DNA of 64,000 bases, taken from the NCBI GenBank assembly GCA_030265395.1, contig JARFYF010000094.1, positions 33,469,913-33,533,912 of the forward strand, in the 5' to 3' direction. Of the stretch, positions 49,001-61,906 are shown one piece after another. Source of the stretch: Rhina ancylostomus. Lineage: Eukaryota. Each line of letters opens with the position of its first letter. Positions within the stretch are counted from its first letter, which is position 1. The translations under genes and the position numbers were made by a program. The notes beneath the pieces are model-generated. The model did no database searches and was not told the origin of the DNA. It worked only from the letters and a program-made list of their open reading frames with translations.

Positions 49001-52000
49001 AATAACCATGCTTTTTTTAAAAATTAAATAATGTTTAGAGGTTGGCCAGTTAATTGTTTTTATTTTTCTATAGCATCTTACATAATTGTTAGCTAAGTAA
49101 AAGCTTTGATTTCATTCACTTCACCTCTATTATGTATCACTGAAGTAGAACATACTTCACTTGCGAGAATGGATAAGCAATCTTCTCCTCAACAGTTTCT
49201 AACATGCCCCCTGAACGGCAACTGACAGATAAGTGATTTCGCTCAGGTCAAACCCGAAGTCAGAGAAAATAACTCGTGGCCCAACAGCTATACCTAATAT
49301 TATCCAGTTTGCCTCCAGAAGATTCAATTTGCCTAAAGCAAGTCCAGATCTAAAATGGCAAGGCCCTACAAACTGAGAAGGATGTGCAACTGTAAATGCA
49401 GCGGGCCATACAAACTGTGTTCATTCAGAGCTGGTAAAAGCTTGACAGGTAGATGTGCCAAGTCTTCAGCTTTGCTTTCTGTCAGGAGCATCCTAAAACT
49501 ATTCAACATTAATTAAACATTTTAAATAATTATTATTCACAATGTGATCCCCTTCTCACAATGGAAAACATAATTATAAGTACTCCCCCACTGAATTGCA
49601 TGGGAAATTAGGTAGCCAGAAAATTGTTAGCAGAACTTGGTCAACAAGTCTGGGACTTCTGCATTTATTTAAGAAATTTGCCTTGCTGACACGTACAAGG
49701 GCAATTGCAGTCATTTTTTTATGGAGCTACCTGTAAGCCTCACCAAGATCTTGCCTAATTTTCTATCTCTTGAAATGTAAATACCTCCAAACAATTCAGC
49801 ACCTAACTCTCAGTAATTCAACTGGATAACACATGATGTTAAATCTGGGTTGTAAGGCTTAAAGTATCCTCTGTGGCATAACAGACTGATACTGATCCAA
49901 GCAGATGTAGCTGCATTTAACTGTTAACCATTTTGCTAAGACAGTAGTGATTTAACATACCTGGAAGCAAGTGTATTAGGTTAAAGAGCATAAAAATTCC
50001 AATTCATAATTTAGCTTACAGTGCTTTCTCACAAAGCCTCTTGGGAAATCAAACTGAGGTCCTCTGTTACATAAGGGATGGTTAAAATTAAGTTTATTAT
50101 AATTACAGAAAGGACAGTAAAGTGACAAGCAGAAAAAATCTGATTAGTTATTTAATTGATGTTTGTAGAACTTTTATGTGCATTTCCCCACACCAATAAT
50201 TTAAAAGGTGACCATAACCAATAAAACTTTAGCTTATTTTAGGATGCAAAATGTATATTATGTAAGATTTGTAAAAAAAATTATTAGATTTAAAAAGCTC
50301 CAGTATTGTACTCCAATACAAACCATGATTTCTGTGAAATCCTTTTATTTAATGCATAAATGAAGAATGTGAGAACAGCTATATTCAGCTGTGTGTCCAA
50401 TATTAGAAGTAATTTCAAATCCTACCAAACCAAGAAATTCTGTGAAATAGGGTGGAAAAGATATGTTTTTTTTTAAATTTATGGCAAAGAAAATGAAGAA
50501 GGTGCATTCCCCTTGAAACCTGTTTTCTCATGCTGTCAGACTGAAGTGATCATAATTTTGCATTCAAATATCACAGTAATGTTGCTTAATTCAACTGAAA
50601 TAAATATTTTAAAAGAGCATATGAAACAGCTACTTGTGTCTGTAAAATGTCAAAAGTGGTTTAAATATTCAGTTGTATGAATTAAGTGCTATTTTAAATT
50701 TTCCACCCATCTTAAATACCACTGTAGTCCTGAAATGTGAAAAATGACTTCAAACTAATTGATATAATTGCTTGAAGATGTGCAGGCAGGTGAAACCTGA
50801 TCCCTTAGGCCATTGTGGAGACCAGGAACAACAGAAGAATGTTTACACAGTGGTTGGAGTTTAACAGACAGGCAAGCCTAGCTTTTAGACAGCCAGCAAA
50901 AACATCACCAATAAGTGACCTCTTAATGTCGGCCACTGTGAAACTATAGTTTTGCACCCTGGCAGACAGTGTCCAAAACGTCAAGGTTAACTGTATGACT
51001 TTGAATGTGGTTTCACACTCCTTCAGCACTTAAGAGTACTTACCTGATATTTAGGTGAAGAATTCCATCCTATTTTTGCTTGAAGATTATGGCTTAAACC
51101 AAGAATTTGCATAAAAGAAGTAATTCATACAAATCCTTCAAGGACATTTTTGGTATACATTGTCACACAACAAAACTAGTGCTGTTTTACTCTCAAAAAT
51201 GCTGATTAACACTCTTAGCTTTCAATAATTAAAAAAAGCCCAAATTTTTAAAAAAGTCAGGAGAGAAAAATCAGTAATAGAAGTTGTATACTACCACTTA
51301 CAAAAATACCAAAATGATAAGCAAAGACCAGCAATTCCATTAAGGCAGCCCTGTGCTCATGATGCCAGGAGCTATGTAAAAAAGGCAATGTAAAAGGAAA
51401 GGCCCCTAAAAGTCTTCAAATGCACTGATCAGAGGAAGATCAGATCTGCTAAATAACTGAAGGAAGTGTATGGTTTGGGGAGAATAACAGGATAGACAGA
51501 CACTTTGGGAGAAATTGGCGATATTAGACATGGATGTGGAAAATGTTTGATTATCTTTACATATAAGCAATACCACATTTGGAAAAGTACACAAAATATC
51601 TGCATTGTAAATTATCCAACAGACTTCCAGTATCTTCAACTGAAAATATTTTCTGTTCTATTTTAGCTTTTCTTTAGATATCTGCACCATATATTGGATC
51701 AGATTTCATTCATTGCTAGATCTGTGCCATTTTCCTGATTGTTGTATTTAATCAAAAATAATTATTTCACTAGCTCACATTCTAAGAAGAGTTGTCCCTC
51801 AGTAACCTTTTCAATGGTTTCTTTTGCTATAGGAATTTTTTTTTGAATTTGTTCATTTTAAGGCCTCTGAATCTCCGACCAAATTCATCTAAGTAGTCAT
51901 TTATTATATTGATAAACTGTTATATTTACTGGGGTGAATTATACTTCACCTTTTCTTATGTTTCATTAGTTTCAAGAATAAAATCTATAGCACAGACACT

Positions 52001-55000
52001 CCCACCACTGTTGCTGAAAAGGTATTTGCATTAAGATTAGAAATGCAATGAAACAAAACAATACATAAGCTTAAAATTCTGGCTGACTGAGTGAATTATA
52101 CTTCGTATTAGCATAAAAATTATGCAAAATTTTGTTTCCTAATTTTCAAAATTATAATATGGGCAAGTATCTACCTGAAGATTTACACAATAATTATTTC
52201 TGATAAAGAAAAGAATCCACCTAAGTCATGTAAACATCTTCCCCTTCAATGTCCCCCTGTAAGCTATAAACGAAGCCGGTGCCTGGTACCAGATACTGCC
52301 CTGCACACTTGGTAGGTCAGCAAAGCTATGTCTAGTTGACAGGTTCAGTTTACAGGAGACCAACACTTTGTTTGGATATTCCGACCTTGCTCACCACTAT
52401 CTTAAGAACACATGGCATGAAAATTTCCAATATGTTAGTTAAATTACATTATATGCAGTCAAGAGTACGACTGCTAACTCTCTAAAAGAGTGCACATTAT
52501 TTATTAGTCCATTGTGATTTATTTTAACATCCTTTGAATTTAAGTGTAGCTTGTAATAAATTGAAAATAAAATAATAACACACCCATTAAATATGCAACA
52601 TTTTTGTTTAATGTGACAAAATGAGTCTAGTTAATAAGATTTCAATGAAAATATCTTTATTGCTAATTTCTTTGGCTACAGTATTATTGATGCATTTATT
52701 GTACATCAAAAATGTACTGCAAGGCTATAAAGGTCATAGCACACACAATGCTAAACTTGTCAAATGTTAATGAATACTTTATTTTTTTTAAATAAGATTG
52801 TGTACAAAGTAATTCATTCTGTACTAATTTATTTGGGACCCTGCTTCTGTTTTTCTTCTTAATTGACTGTATTACCTCTATTTAGTCTCGAATATATTTG
52901 TTAAACTCCATCCAAGACTACAAGGGAACCGTCAACTAAATATTGTTTCATTCATGAGCTGCTCTTCCAAGTCAATTATATCTTTCAACTTCAGGGGCAC
53001 TGTATGATAAACTGGCTGTAAAAATCATCCGCATTAATACATTACGATGCCTCGGTTCCAAAAAGGTAATTAAAGAAGTAAATGACTCATAAGAATAGAC
53101 ATATTAGCTGCAAAATGAAAGGCAACAGGGCTGCCACATGAAAATATGTACCATTAAGATATTGCATTTTCATGTACTGGTAATCATCGGCACAGGCTTT
53201 TTGCGTCTTTAACACCCCTACTTTAAGTTAATTGAGAATGGGAAAGCATCTTATTTCAACAATGTCAGAAATCTTACAGATGATAGCAGATTTAAAAAAG
53301 CTCTCTTTAATGTGATAGATAGTGTCACTGGTCATTTGTTCATGAAAATAGTATGAAAACCTAAAACGTACATAATGCCTCTTTGATTTCTCCTTTTTGT
53401 AATGGCTACATTGTTCATTATCTGAGCAATCAAACTGCTATTATTTATAGTTACAACAAAAAGAAATAGCATAAAAATATAACATCAGGTTTAATCTAAA
53501 AGAGTTGAATGTTGCACCTCCCTCAACAATCCTACTTTCAGCTTTTAATAGAATTTGCTGGCGATACTGCATAAAAGTCATTTTGGTACTTACTAAAGTA
53601 TATTTAGAATACATCATGTACATGTAATGCCGTACTAAACACACTTGATCTGTTAGGAAAGCACAGACACCATCAAGGGCAAAGGACCTACACACTTAGG
53701 TAACAATAAATGACAGGCTGTGGTTCAAGTCCATTAGCTGCTATGCGAGAGTAACACCATCCACTACCGGGCAACCTGTGAAAAAGTCCAAGATGTGTTT
53801 AAATCTTGGAGTGGGAATGCTGAATTAATTCTTTTGAATTGTAATCCCTCAACCACAGCAAATTACCTTCATTAATGATGGAAAAAATCTGCCTCTGTAA
53901 TAAGCAAAGGGAGGGGGGGTGGAAATCAGCGTCATTTAGCTATTACTATTTGTANNNNNNNNNNNNNNNNNNNNNNNNNNNNNNNNNNNNNNNNNNNNNN
54001 NNNNNNNNNNNNNNNNNNNNNNNNNNNNNNNNNNNNNNNNNNNNNNNNNNNNNNCTGCATGTAACTAGTAAACTGTGCTTTACTGCACTGTGTAAATGAT
54101 TCTTTTATACGCAATCTATGCATGAAAGTGAGTAACTGAATACCAGGAAAATTTAGTTGCACAGCATGTGTTGAAAGTTTAAAAACTCAGTAAATCAAGT
54201 AAATAATACTCTCAAAAATAAAAAGTGCAGATATCAATAGATATTTTTCAATACCACAAAATATGGTGCAATAGAATTAGCTTAGAATTATTTGTACTTT
54301 CAATAAATACTCCAAATTCCACAACATAAACTTATGCAAACCACTTTTCTATTTTTGCCTTTAACTTTAAAATATTCACGGTAAAGATATTATGTGAGTA
54401 AGACATCATTGGCTTTTAGGAGCCTTATTTTTAGCAATTTCATGGAACTGAATATACTGGATGAAGATTGTGTTTTATGCTGAATTGCCTGTGTAGTAAA
54501 ATATATTGAGTACATTGGAGTTTTTATATACAGCAATCTCCATTCAGCTTTCCAATGATGTCACTCACAAAGCACAAGGCTTAACAAAGCCCTGAATCAC
54601 TATAAAGGATGCAACTGTTCATTTTATTTTTAGGTGGCATGTAGAAACTCAGTGTGGTTTAAAAATTAACCATTTGATTTCAGATTTTTGCATGATTACT
54701 TAGATGAATCATTGTAGCACTGTCCAAAAATGGAAACAGGAGATGCTTGGGAAATGGTTAAGAACTATTGCAAAGTCAGGAGTTAAGGAAGGAGGAAAAA
54801 AAGAAGCTGCAAGATAGATCTTTGAATTCTGTAATTTACCAGAAATAGATTTCACAATGGCTTTCACTGATATAAAAATGAATAAATTAGTATCCCATTT
54901 GCTTTCTCAGATCTTCATATGAAAACCGGCCACCAGAAATCTTGGTGGAAAATACAATTTGCAGTACAGGAATAACAACATGGTTTTTTTAGCAAGCAAA

Positions 55001-55039
55001 TTGTCCCAAGACTTCAATATCGAATAAAATTGGGCACAG

Positions 55040-55254
55040 AGTCATAAAGGTAGATGACAACAGCTTGTTCAAAGGGATAGGTTTTAAGAAATGACTTTAA
55101 ACAGGAAAGAAAGATATTATGAGGTGGAGATTTCCAGAACTACAACTCAGAAAAACTGAAAACACAGCCACCAATGATTAAATTCAGGATGGTCAAGAGG
55201 CCAGAACAGAAACTTGGCAGTTATCTCAGAGGGTTACAGGTCTGGGAAAATGAT
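55040..55254 (-). mobile_element. L2 LINE fragment
   Basis: caaagggataggttttaagaaatgactttaaacaggaaaga...ttccagaac...cacagccaccaatg. Confidence 0.5.
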
Positions 55255-55938
55255 NNNNNNNNNNNNNNNNNNNNNNNNNNNNNNNNNNNNNNNNNNNNNN
55301 NNNNNNNNNNNNNNNNNNNNNNNNNNNNNNNNNNNNNNNNNNNNNNNNNNNNNNNNNNNNNNNNNNNNNNNNNNNNNNNNNNNNNNNNNNNNNNNNNNNN
55401 NNNNNNNNNNNNNNNNNNNNNNNNNNNNNNNNNNNNNNNNNNNNNNNNNNNNNNNNNNNNNNNNNNNNNNNNNNNNNNNNNNNNNNNNNNNNNNNNNNNN
55501 NNNNNNNNNNNNNNNNNNNNNNNNNNNNNNNNNNNNNNNNNNNNNNNNNNNNNNNNNNNNNNNNNNNNNNNNNNNNNNNNNNNNNNNNNNNNNNNNNNNN
55601 NNNNNNNNNNNNNNNNNNNNNNNNNNNNNNNNNNNNNNNNNNNNNNNNNNNNNNNNNNNNNNNNNNNNNNNNNNNNNNNNNNNNNNNNNNNNNNNNNNNN
55701 NNNNNNNNNNNNNNNNNNNNNAAGTTGCATGGCATGGGATACCCAACCTCTAGCATATTTGTATGGAGACACAATAAACACATGGCAGATCTCGTTGAGT
55801 CTGTGAGGAATGGTTAACCCCAGGATGTTAATGAATTGGGGCTCCATGATAGTAATGTTGCTGAAGGGCTAGGCTAGGTGGTTAGGTTCTTGTTAAAGAC
55901 AATCATTGCCAAGTACAATGTGAATTACAAGTACAAAC

Positions 55939-55997
55939 ATTGAATGGGCTGGTTAGTGCAGTGTGAGTGTTACTGGGCACTAACCAGCCCATTCAAT
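55939..55997. repeat. Perfect 21-bp inverted repeat with a 17-nt spacer
   Basis: attgaatgggctggttagtgc (55939-55959) and gcactaaccagcccattcaat (55977-55997). Confidence 0.9.
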
Positions 55998-56129
55998 ATT
56001 TACAACAGTGGCTTGAGTATTCCCAAATCTGGAGATAGGACAGGCCATCTGGCCAATGGAGAGATTGTGTGAGATGCTGATTTGGTTCGGCTGGGTTTTG
56101 TCAGTGCACATGTAGAAACTACCAAAGGT

Positions 56130-57010
56130 AATGACTGATAAGTATTTTTGCAACTGGAAGGACAGTTTTAGTGTGGTTCCATGTGGCTCAGTACTCAGTG
56201 CCTTGTCCTTGTGTTACATATTAATGATTTAGATTTAAATATGGGAAACATGATAAAAAAAATTATACATTACATAAAAATGTCTTTGTAGTTGACAGTA
56301 AGATAGAAAGTTTTATATGAACTAGTAAATTGGGCTGAAACATGACAAATTAAATTTAATCTGAATAAAGGTATGAGATTGTGCATTTGGGAGGTACAAA
56401 CACAAGTAAATGGGAGGATACTGAGAGGTGCGGAAGAACAGAGGGACCTTTGAATGCATTCACATATCCGTAAAGGTAGCAGGACAGGTCAATAAGGTGG
56501 GTAAAAAGCATATAGAATGTTTGTTCATATCAGCTGAGGGGTAGAATATAAAATTGAAGAGATCCTGGAACTGTACACAACACCATGAATACCACTATAC
56601 AGTTTTGGTCATCACTTTACACCAAAGAGCATGTAAAGGAGATTTACAAGGACACTGCCAGAAATGGAAAATTTTAACTGTGAGAAAAGACTGGATATAC
56701 CAAGGTTGTTTTTTGTGGATCAGTGTAGGACCAGGGGAGACTTAATTCAGATGGTTAAAATTGTGGGGTTTAGATAGAGTAGTTAAAAAGGACCCAATTC
56801 CCTGTGTTACAAAGCAAAGGACATAATTTTAAAGTAATTAATAGAAATATGAAAAGGAAGATGAGGAATCAACTAGAGGAAGAGAGGGTGGTAGAATTTG
56901 TAAGGTTATATACCAAGCACTGGAAGAAGGGATGAGCTTGAAACAGCTGCTTTTCAATTGGAACAGAATGATGAGTTGAATGACCTCCTTCCATGGCATA
57001 AACTTTCTAT
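56130..57010 (+). mobile_element. Degenerate CR1 LINE
   Basis: gtggttccatgtggctcagtactcag (GVPQGSVLG-like) and attaatgatttaga; the tail is gttgaatgacctccttcc. Confidence 0.7.
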
Positions 57011-57439
57011 CATCCCAGGTGTGGATGAGAGATGCTGTGGGGGGTAGTATATAGTTGAGAAATAAAGTTAGGTCAAGGATAGATCGGTGGTAGTCATAAT
57101 TGGTAATGGTATGGTTGGCAGAAGAAAATCTATTGTATGTTATTCTCTAGCTTTGACTATAATAATTATGAATGAAAACATGTAAGTGGAAAGTAATACA
57201 GCTGGACAACAATGTAGAGACATTGTGGGTGTTACCAACTGTACCGAAGGCTATAGGCAGATTGAGAAAGACAGAGTGGTGGAATACCTTCATCCCCAGC
57301 ATACAATCACAGTATCAATTGTAGTATTCAAGAGCTCTTAGCGTACTGTTCATTTTACTAGATAATTCAGAAAGGGAAGGAAGTAAAAAAAATCACAAAC
57401 TATAGGTATATATTATTGGAATTATTATATAATTTATTA

Positions 57440-58712
57440 TTGAGGAGGTAACAGCAAAACATTTGGAAAGTTGTACTCTGATGAAGCAGAGTAAGAATAG
57501 CTCCATGAAGGGGCTATCATGTCTGACAAATTTAATATTAGAGTTCCTTGAGGAAATATCAGCCATAATATAGACAAAGGGGAACCCAACAGATGTAATA
57601 TTTTTGGATTTTCAAAAGATATTCAGCAAAGCGACAGATGAAAGGGTACTTCACAAGATACAAGCTCATGGTAATGGATGTAATATATTTGCATGGTAGA
57701 AGACTGGCAAGCAAACAAAAGCAATGCATACAGAAAAGGGTTCATTTTCAGGTTGGTGATCTGTAACCAGCGGGGTGCCACAAGGATCAGTGCCTGGACC
57801 ACAGATGTTTACACTATACATTCATGATTTAGAGAAAGGAATAGAACGTACCATGGCCATACTTGAAGATACAAAGGTGGGTGGAAAGGCAAACTGGGAG
57901 GATGATACAGGTTAAGTGAGTGGACACAAAGTTAACAAACAGAGTGCAAAGTAGTAATATGTGAAGTTGCTCACTTTGGAAGGAAAAATGAAAAAGCAGA
58001 GTATTAAATGGAGAAAGACTGCAGAAAGCTGAGGCACAGAGGGATTTGGGAGCTGTCATACATGAAATAGAAAGAGCAAACAGGTGCAGCAAATAATCAG
58101 GAAAACTAATGGAATGCTAGCTTTTAGTTCAGGTGAGTTGAGGTATAAACATAGGGAAATCTTACTGCAATGATATATGGCACTAGTGAGACCACATCTA
58201 GAATGCCGTGAATGGTTTTAGTCCCCTAATTTAAAGAAAGATAATATTATCATTGGAGACAGTTCATAATCCTGGGTGTGATAGATTTGTCAAATGAGAG
58301 AAGGTTGACCAGGATGGGTTTGTACTCATTGAGTTCAGCAGAATAAAAGATAATTATTTTGAAATGTGTAAGATTTTTAGGTGGTTTGATGGGAGGTTGT
58401 TTCCCCTCATTGAGAGTCTAGTACCAGCAGGCATTGTGTCAGAATAAGACTGCATGCATTTAAGACTGAGATAAGGAGGAATTTTCACTCTCATAGCAAT
58501 GTGAGTCTTTGAAATTACCTCTGAAAGCTGTGGAGGCCAAACCCTTGAATATAATCAAAGCTGAGAAAGATAGATTTTTAATCAGTAAGGGAATCAAGGG
58601 TTACGGGGAGAGGGCAGGAAAGTAAATGTTAACATCATCCATGATTTCACTGAATGGGTCATCAGGTTCAAGGGGCTGAAAGGTCTACACCTGTTCTTAT
58701 TTCTTATGGTCT
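57440..58712 (+). mobile_element. CR1 LINE RT region and 3' end
   Basis: ttggattttcaaaag (LDFQK), ggggtgccacaaggatcagtg (GVPQGSV) and tail ggggctgaaaggtctacacctgttcttatttcttatg. Confidence 0.85.
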
Positions 58713-59971
58713 AACATTTTAAATAAGTTTTACAAAAGGATCTAAAAGTACATCTTCAAGTCACAAAAGAGCTCACAAAACTGATTCTAAGATTTTTGAA
58801 ACAGAGATACACTTAGAAATTTTGTTTTTAAACAGTCCTTTCGTTTTACTGATCATTTTCAAATGCAAGTTGATTAAGTCGTATGATCAATAAATTTGAT
58901 AAGCAGAAGACAATGCCTTAGGTTTTTAAATATTGTTCCTGGATTAGTTATGTTAATAAAGAAGACACATTACACCTGTATTAACACCTGTGACCACATG
59001 TGCCTCTCTTAGTAATAATGTAGTTTTACAACTGGCCTACAAAGACTGACTATTTAACCTCATGAAGTTATTGAGGTCTACTTTCTGGGTTAGTGAGTCA
59101 CAACGAAAGTTTATCAATGATGTCAATGAAGAAAACCAAAAGCAGCATTCTACAGTATTTATTCTAGAGCATCCCTATAAAGTACATGTCCTATCCTATT
59201 CTATTTTGGAAAACAGTGGGTTCCAACTTCTTTTACACAGCACATTTATACAGCAAACACAAAAATTCAATTTGAAACTTGAGCTTGTTTCTTTTGTGCG
59301 GGTCATGCAGTTTCTGAATTTTGCTCTGAGACCTACTTGCATTTAATGCACAAAAACCGAGAGGATGACATATTTTGACATTACAGGCAAAATTTCTTTG
59401 CTTGGCCATTCACAAAAACAGTAATTAATTAAAGGGCAGTAGTTTGTTTCTGCATTAGTTAAAAGGGGGCCATCCTTACCCATTTTGTGGAAGGGTAAAC
59501 TGGGTTTCTGACTTAAATCAAATGATCTTAAAAGACCTTCTTTAATGACCTTGAAGATTTTTTTCTGGGTGGCTGCTCCTACCCACTCCCATCCTCCTTG
59601 GTGGTCAAACTCCCCAAAGATGTGATGATCAATCCACCACCTTGTTGTCACACGTCCAGCTTTTCCACATCATTCCATCACATCTCCACCTACTTCCCTA
59701 CCCAGATGTATAACCAGTTTCCTAATATCACAAACTTTGGTGTCCTAATTCTTGATGTTCCTTCCATCCTGTTCTCAACCTTCTGATTCCAGGTATGAAC
59801 CTCCAAATCTCTCCTAGAGTCCACTCATCCCCATTCCTTCATCGTGACTTCTTCCATGGCTCTGCAATGGAGGTAGGTATGGAAAGTCTGTGTATAGAAT
59901 TGCTGCAGTGCACCTACCCCATATACAGCATCCACTTAAATTCACTCTTTCAGAAATAAAATCATTTCTAG

Positions 59972-60270
59972 GTTATAAGCCAGGGCACAGCCTCAGAATA
60001 AAGGGATGTCCCTTTAAAACTGAGATGAGTAGGAATTTATTCAGCCAGAGGGTGGTGAATCTGTGGAACTCGTTGCCACAGAGGGCAGTGGAAGCCAAGT
60101 CATTGGGTGCATTTAAGGTGAAAATTGATTGGTTCTTGATTGGTAAGGGGGTGAAGGGGTATGGGGGGGGGGAAGGCAGGAGAATGGGGGTTTAAAAAAA
60201 AATCAGCCATGACTGAATGGCAGAGCAGACTCAATGGGCCAAATAGCCTAATTCTGTTCCTATGTCTTAC
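59972..60270 (+). mobile_element. Well-preserved CR1 3' end
   Basis: ORF 59890-60195 has GHSLRIKGCPFKTEMSRNLFSQRVVNLWNSLPQRAVEA; tail gggccaaatagcctaattctgttcctatgtctta. Confidence 0.9.
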
Positions 60271-61388
60271 AAGTGAAGAATTGACTAATCTCCAAAAACA
60301 ACACAAAGATTATGGTAGACAATTAAGTCATGCCCATTCTGTGTTATGGACCACACTTTAAAATTGTGTGAGCTACTTTTTTTTTTAAATTCATGCTGTA
60401 ATGATCCTGCTCCCCCATGCTGTTCATTGCCCTAATGCAGCAATATAATATCATAAATGGCCACTGCTACTTTAATGCTGTCTGCAAATCTCAAAAGAGG
60501 TGCAATTTGGCTGCAATGGGAGTTTTTCAAATATCATTTTGAGCTTTGATTCTTTGAAGAAGGACTGTACTTGAGAACAAACATCAAGAATCAAAAATAA
60601 TGCACTGGATATTTTGATAGAAATATCCTGTATCCATCAGTTTGCAGTAGGTCCTTTGGATATACATATACCAGAGAGACATGAAGAAGAGATATTGGCA
60701 GAGGCCAATACTTCACCTAAGTATACTGCAAAATTTCACTGAAGCATTTTTTTTCTTGAAGAATATGCTGGTACATAATTGGAGGCAGCTGAAAAAAAAA
60801 TGGAGGATGATAGGTGGCCTTTTATACAACACCAAGGAAGACAGAATACTATACATCATGAGGCTATAGTAGTATAGTAATTAATTACTACACTGGTTAA
60901 GCAGAGACCTGCACTGAGTACAGAGATGCATATTAACAGCTGAGGTTTAAATTCAATTAATTAAATAAATTCTGGATATAGGAAACAAAAGCAGCACCAG
61001 GTAAAATGACCATGAAATTATTTGACTGTGGCAAAAATTGATCAGGTTCACATATATCCTTTTGAGAAGGAAATCTGCTGCCTTTTCCAAAACCCTTAAT
61101 TACCCTCTACAACATCTAGCCAATCAGCTCAAGGGCAATGCACATTTAGAGATGCCCTGCTGCATCCTGTGGTAAAATATATTACTGGATTTGAGGAATC
61201 AGTGTCAAGGATGTAAGCTCTATTTTTCATTTCAGATTCTCATGAACTGGAAACTTCCCATTAGTTAAGGAAACCAAGTAATGAAGATGAAGAGACACTG
61301 TCCAGGAATGCTGAGACTAACAGCAGAAGTTTACCATATGAAACGATCAGATTTGGGACTTCCTGAATGTATATAATTGTTACTGATA

Positions 61389-61906
61389 CAGGCTGTCCCC
61401 AGGTTACGAAAGAGTTCCTTTTTTTTTGAAACAGACATCCATAAGTCGATTCTGTCCATAACTGGAAATACACACACAAAAAAAAAATCACTTGATACGG
61501 TAACTATGCCTCCACAGTAGTTTAAGTAATGGTGTTGGTGAAGGCCAATTAACATGAAGATTTGATTATTATCTGCCCCTACCTACTCATAATGGTACAG
61601 AATCAGGATGTCCCATGCTCAATAGCTGGTTTTGATGGGCTTGAGGTATCAGTGGATATTACATTGTTTAAAAGAGCATCATTGCACAGGTATCAATAGA
61701 AGCAATTGCTTGTCAATTTCCAAAGCAACTCTCTTAAGTGGCATCCCATGGTGAAACTTGTTCTTAAGTGACAACGGTGTCTGATTACTGTGAGGAAATT
61801 ACATGTTCAAGAATGATTCCCATTTTAATTTAATAATATTTACGGGAGCTCCTTCATACGCAAGGGACGATCACAAGTTGGATGCTTGTAACCTGGGGAG
61901 GGCCTG
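61389..61906. mobile_element. Non-autonomous Tigger/pogo-like DNA transposon (MITE)
   Basis: TA flanks at 61387-61388 and 61907-61908. Imperfect 21-bp TIRs caggctgtccccaggttacga and ttgtaacctggggagggcctg. Confidence 0.8.

Noticed and set aside
51038-51110. Consensus minus-strand donor CAG|gtaagt
   Set aside because: No convincing acceptor or FOXP-like coding sequence upstream; isolated donors are common.
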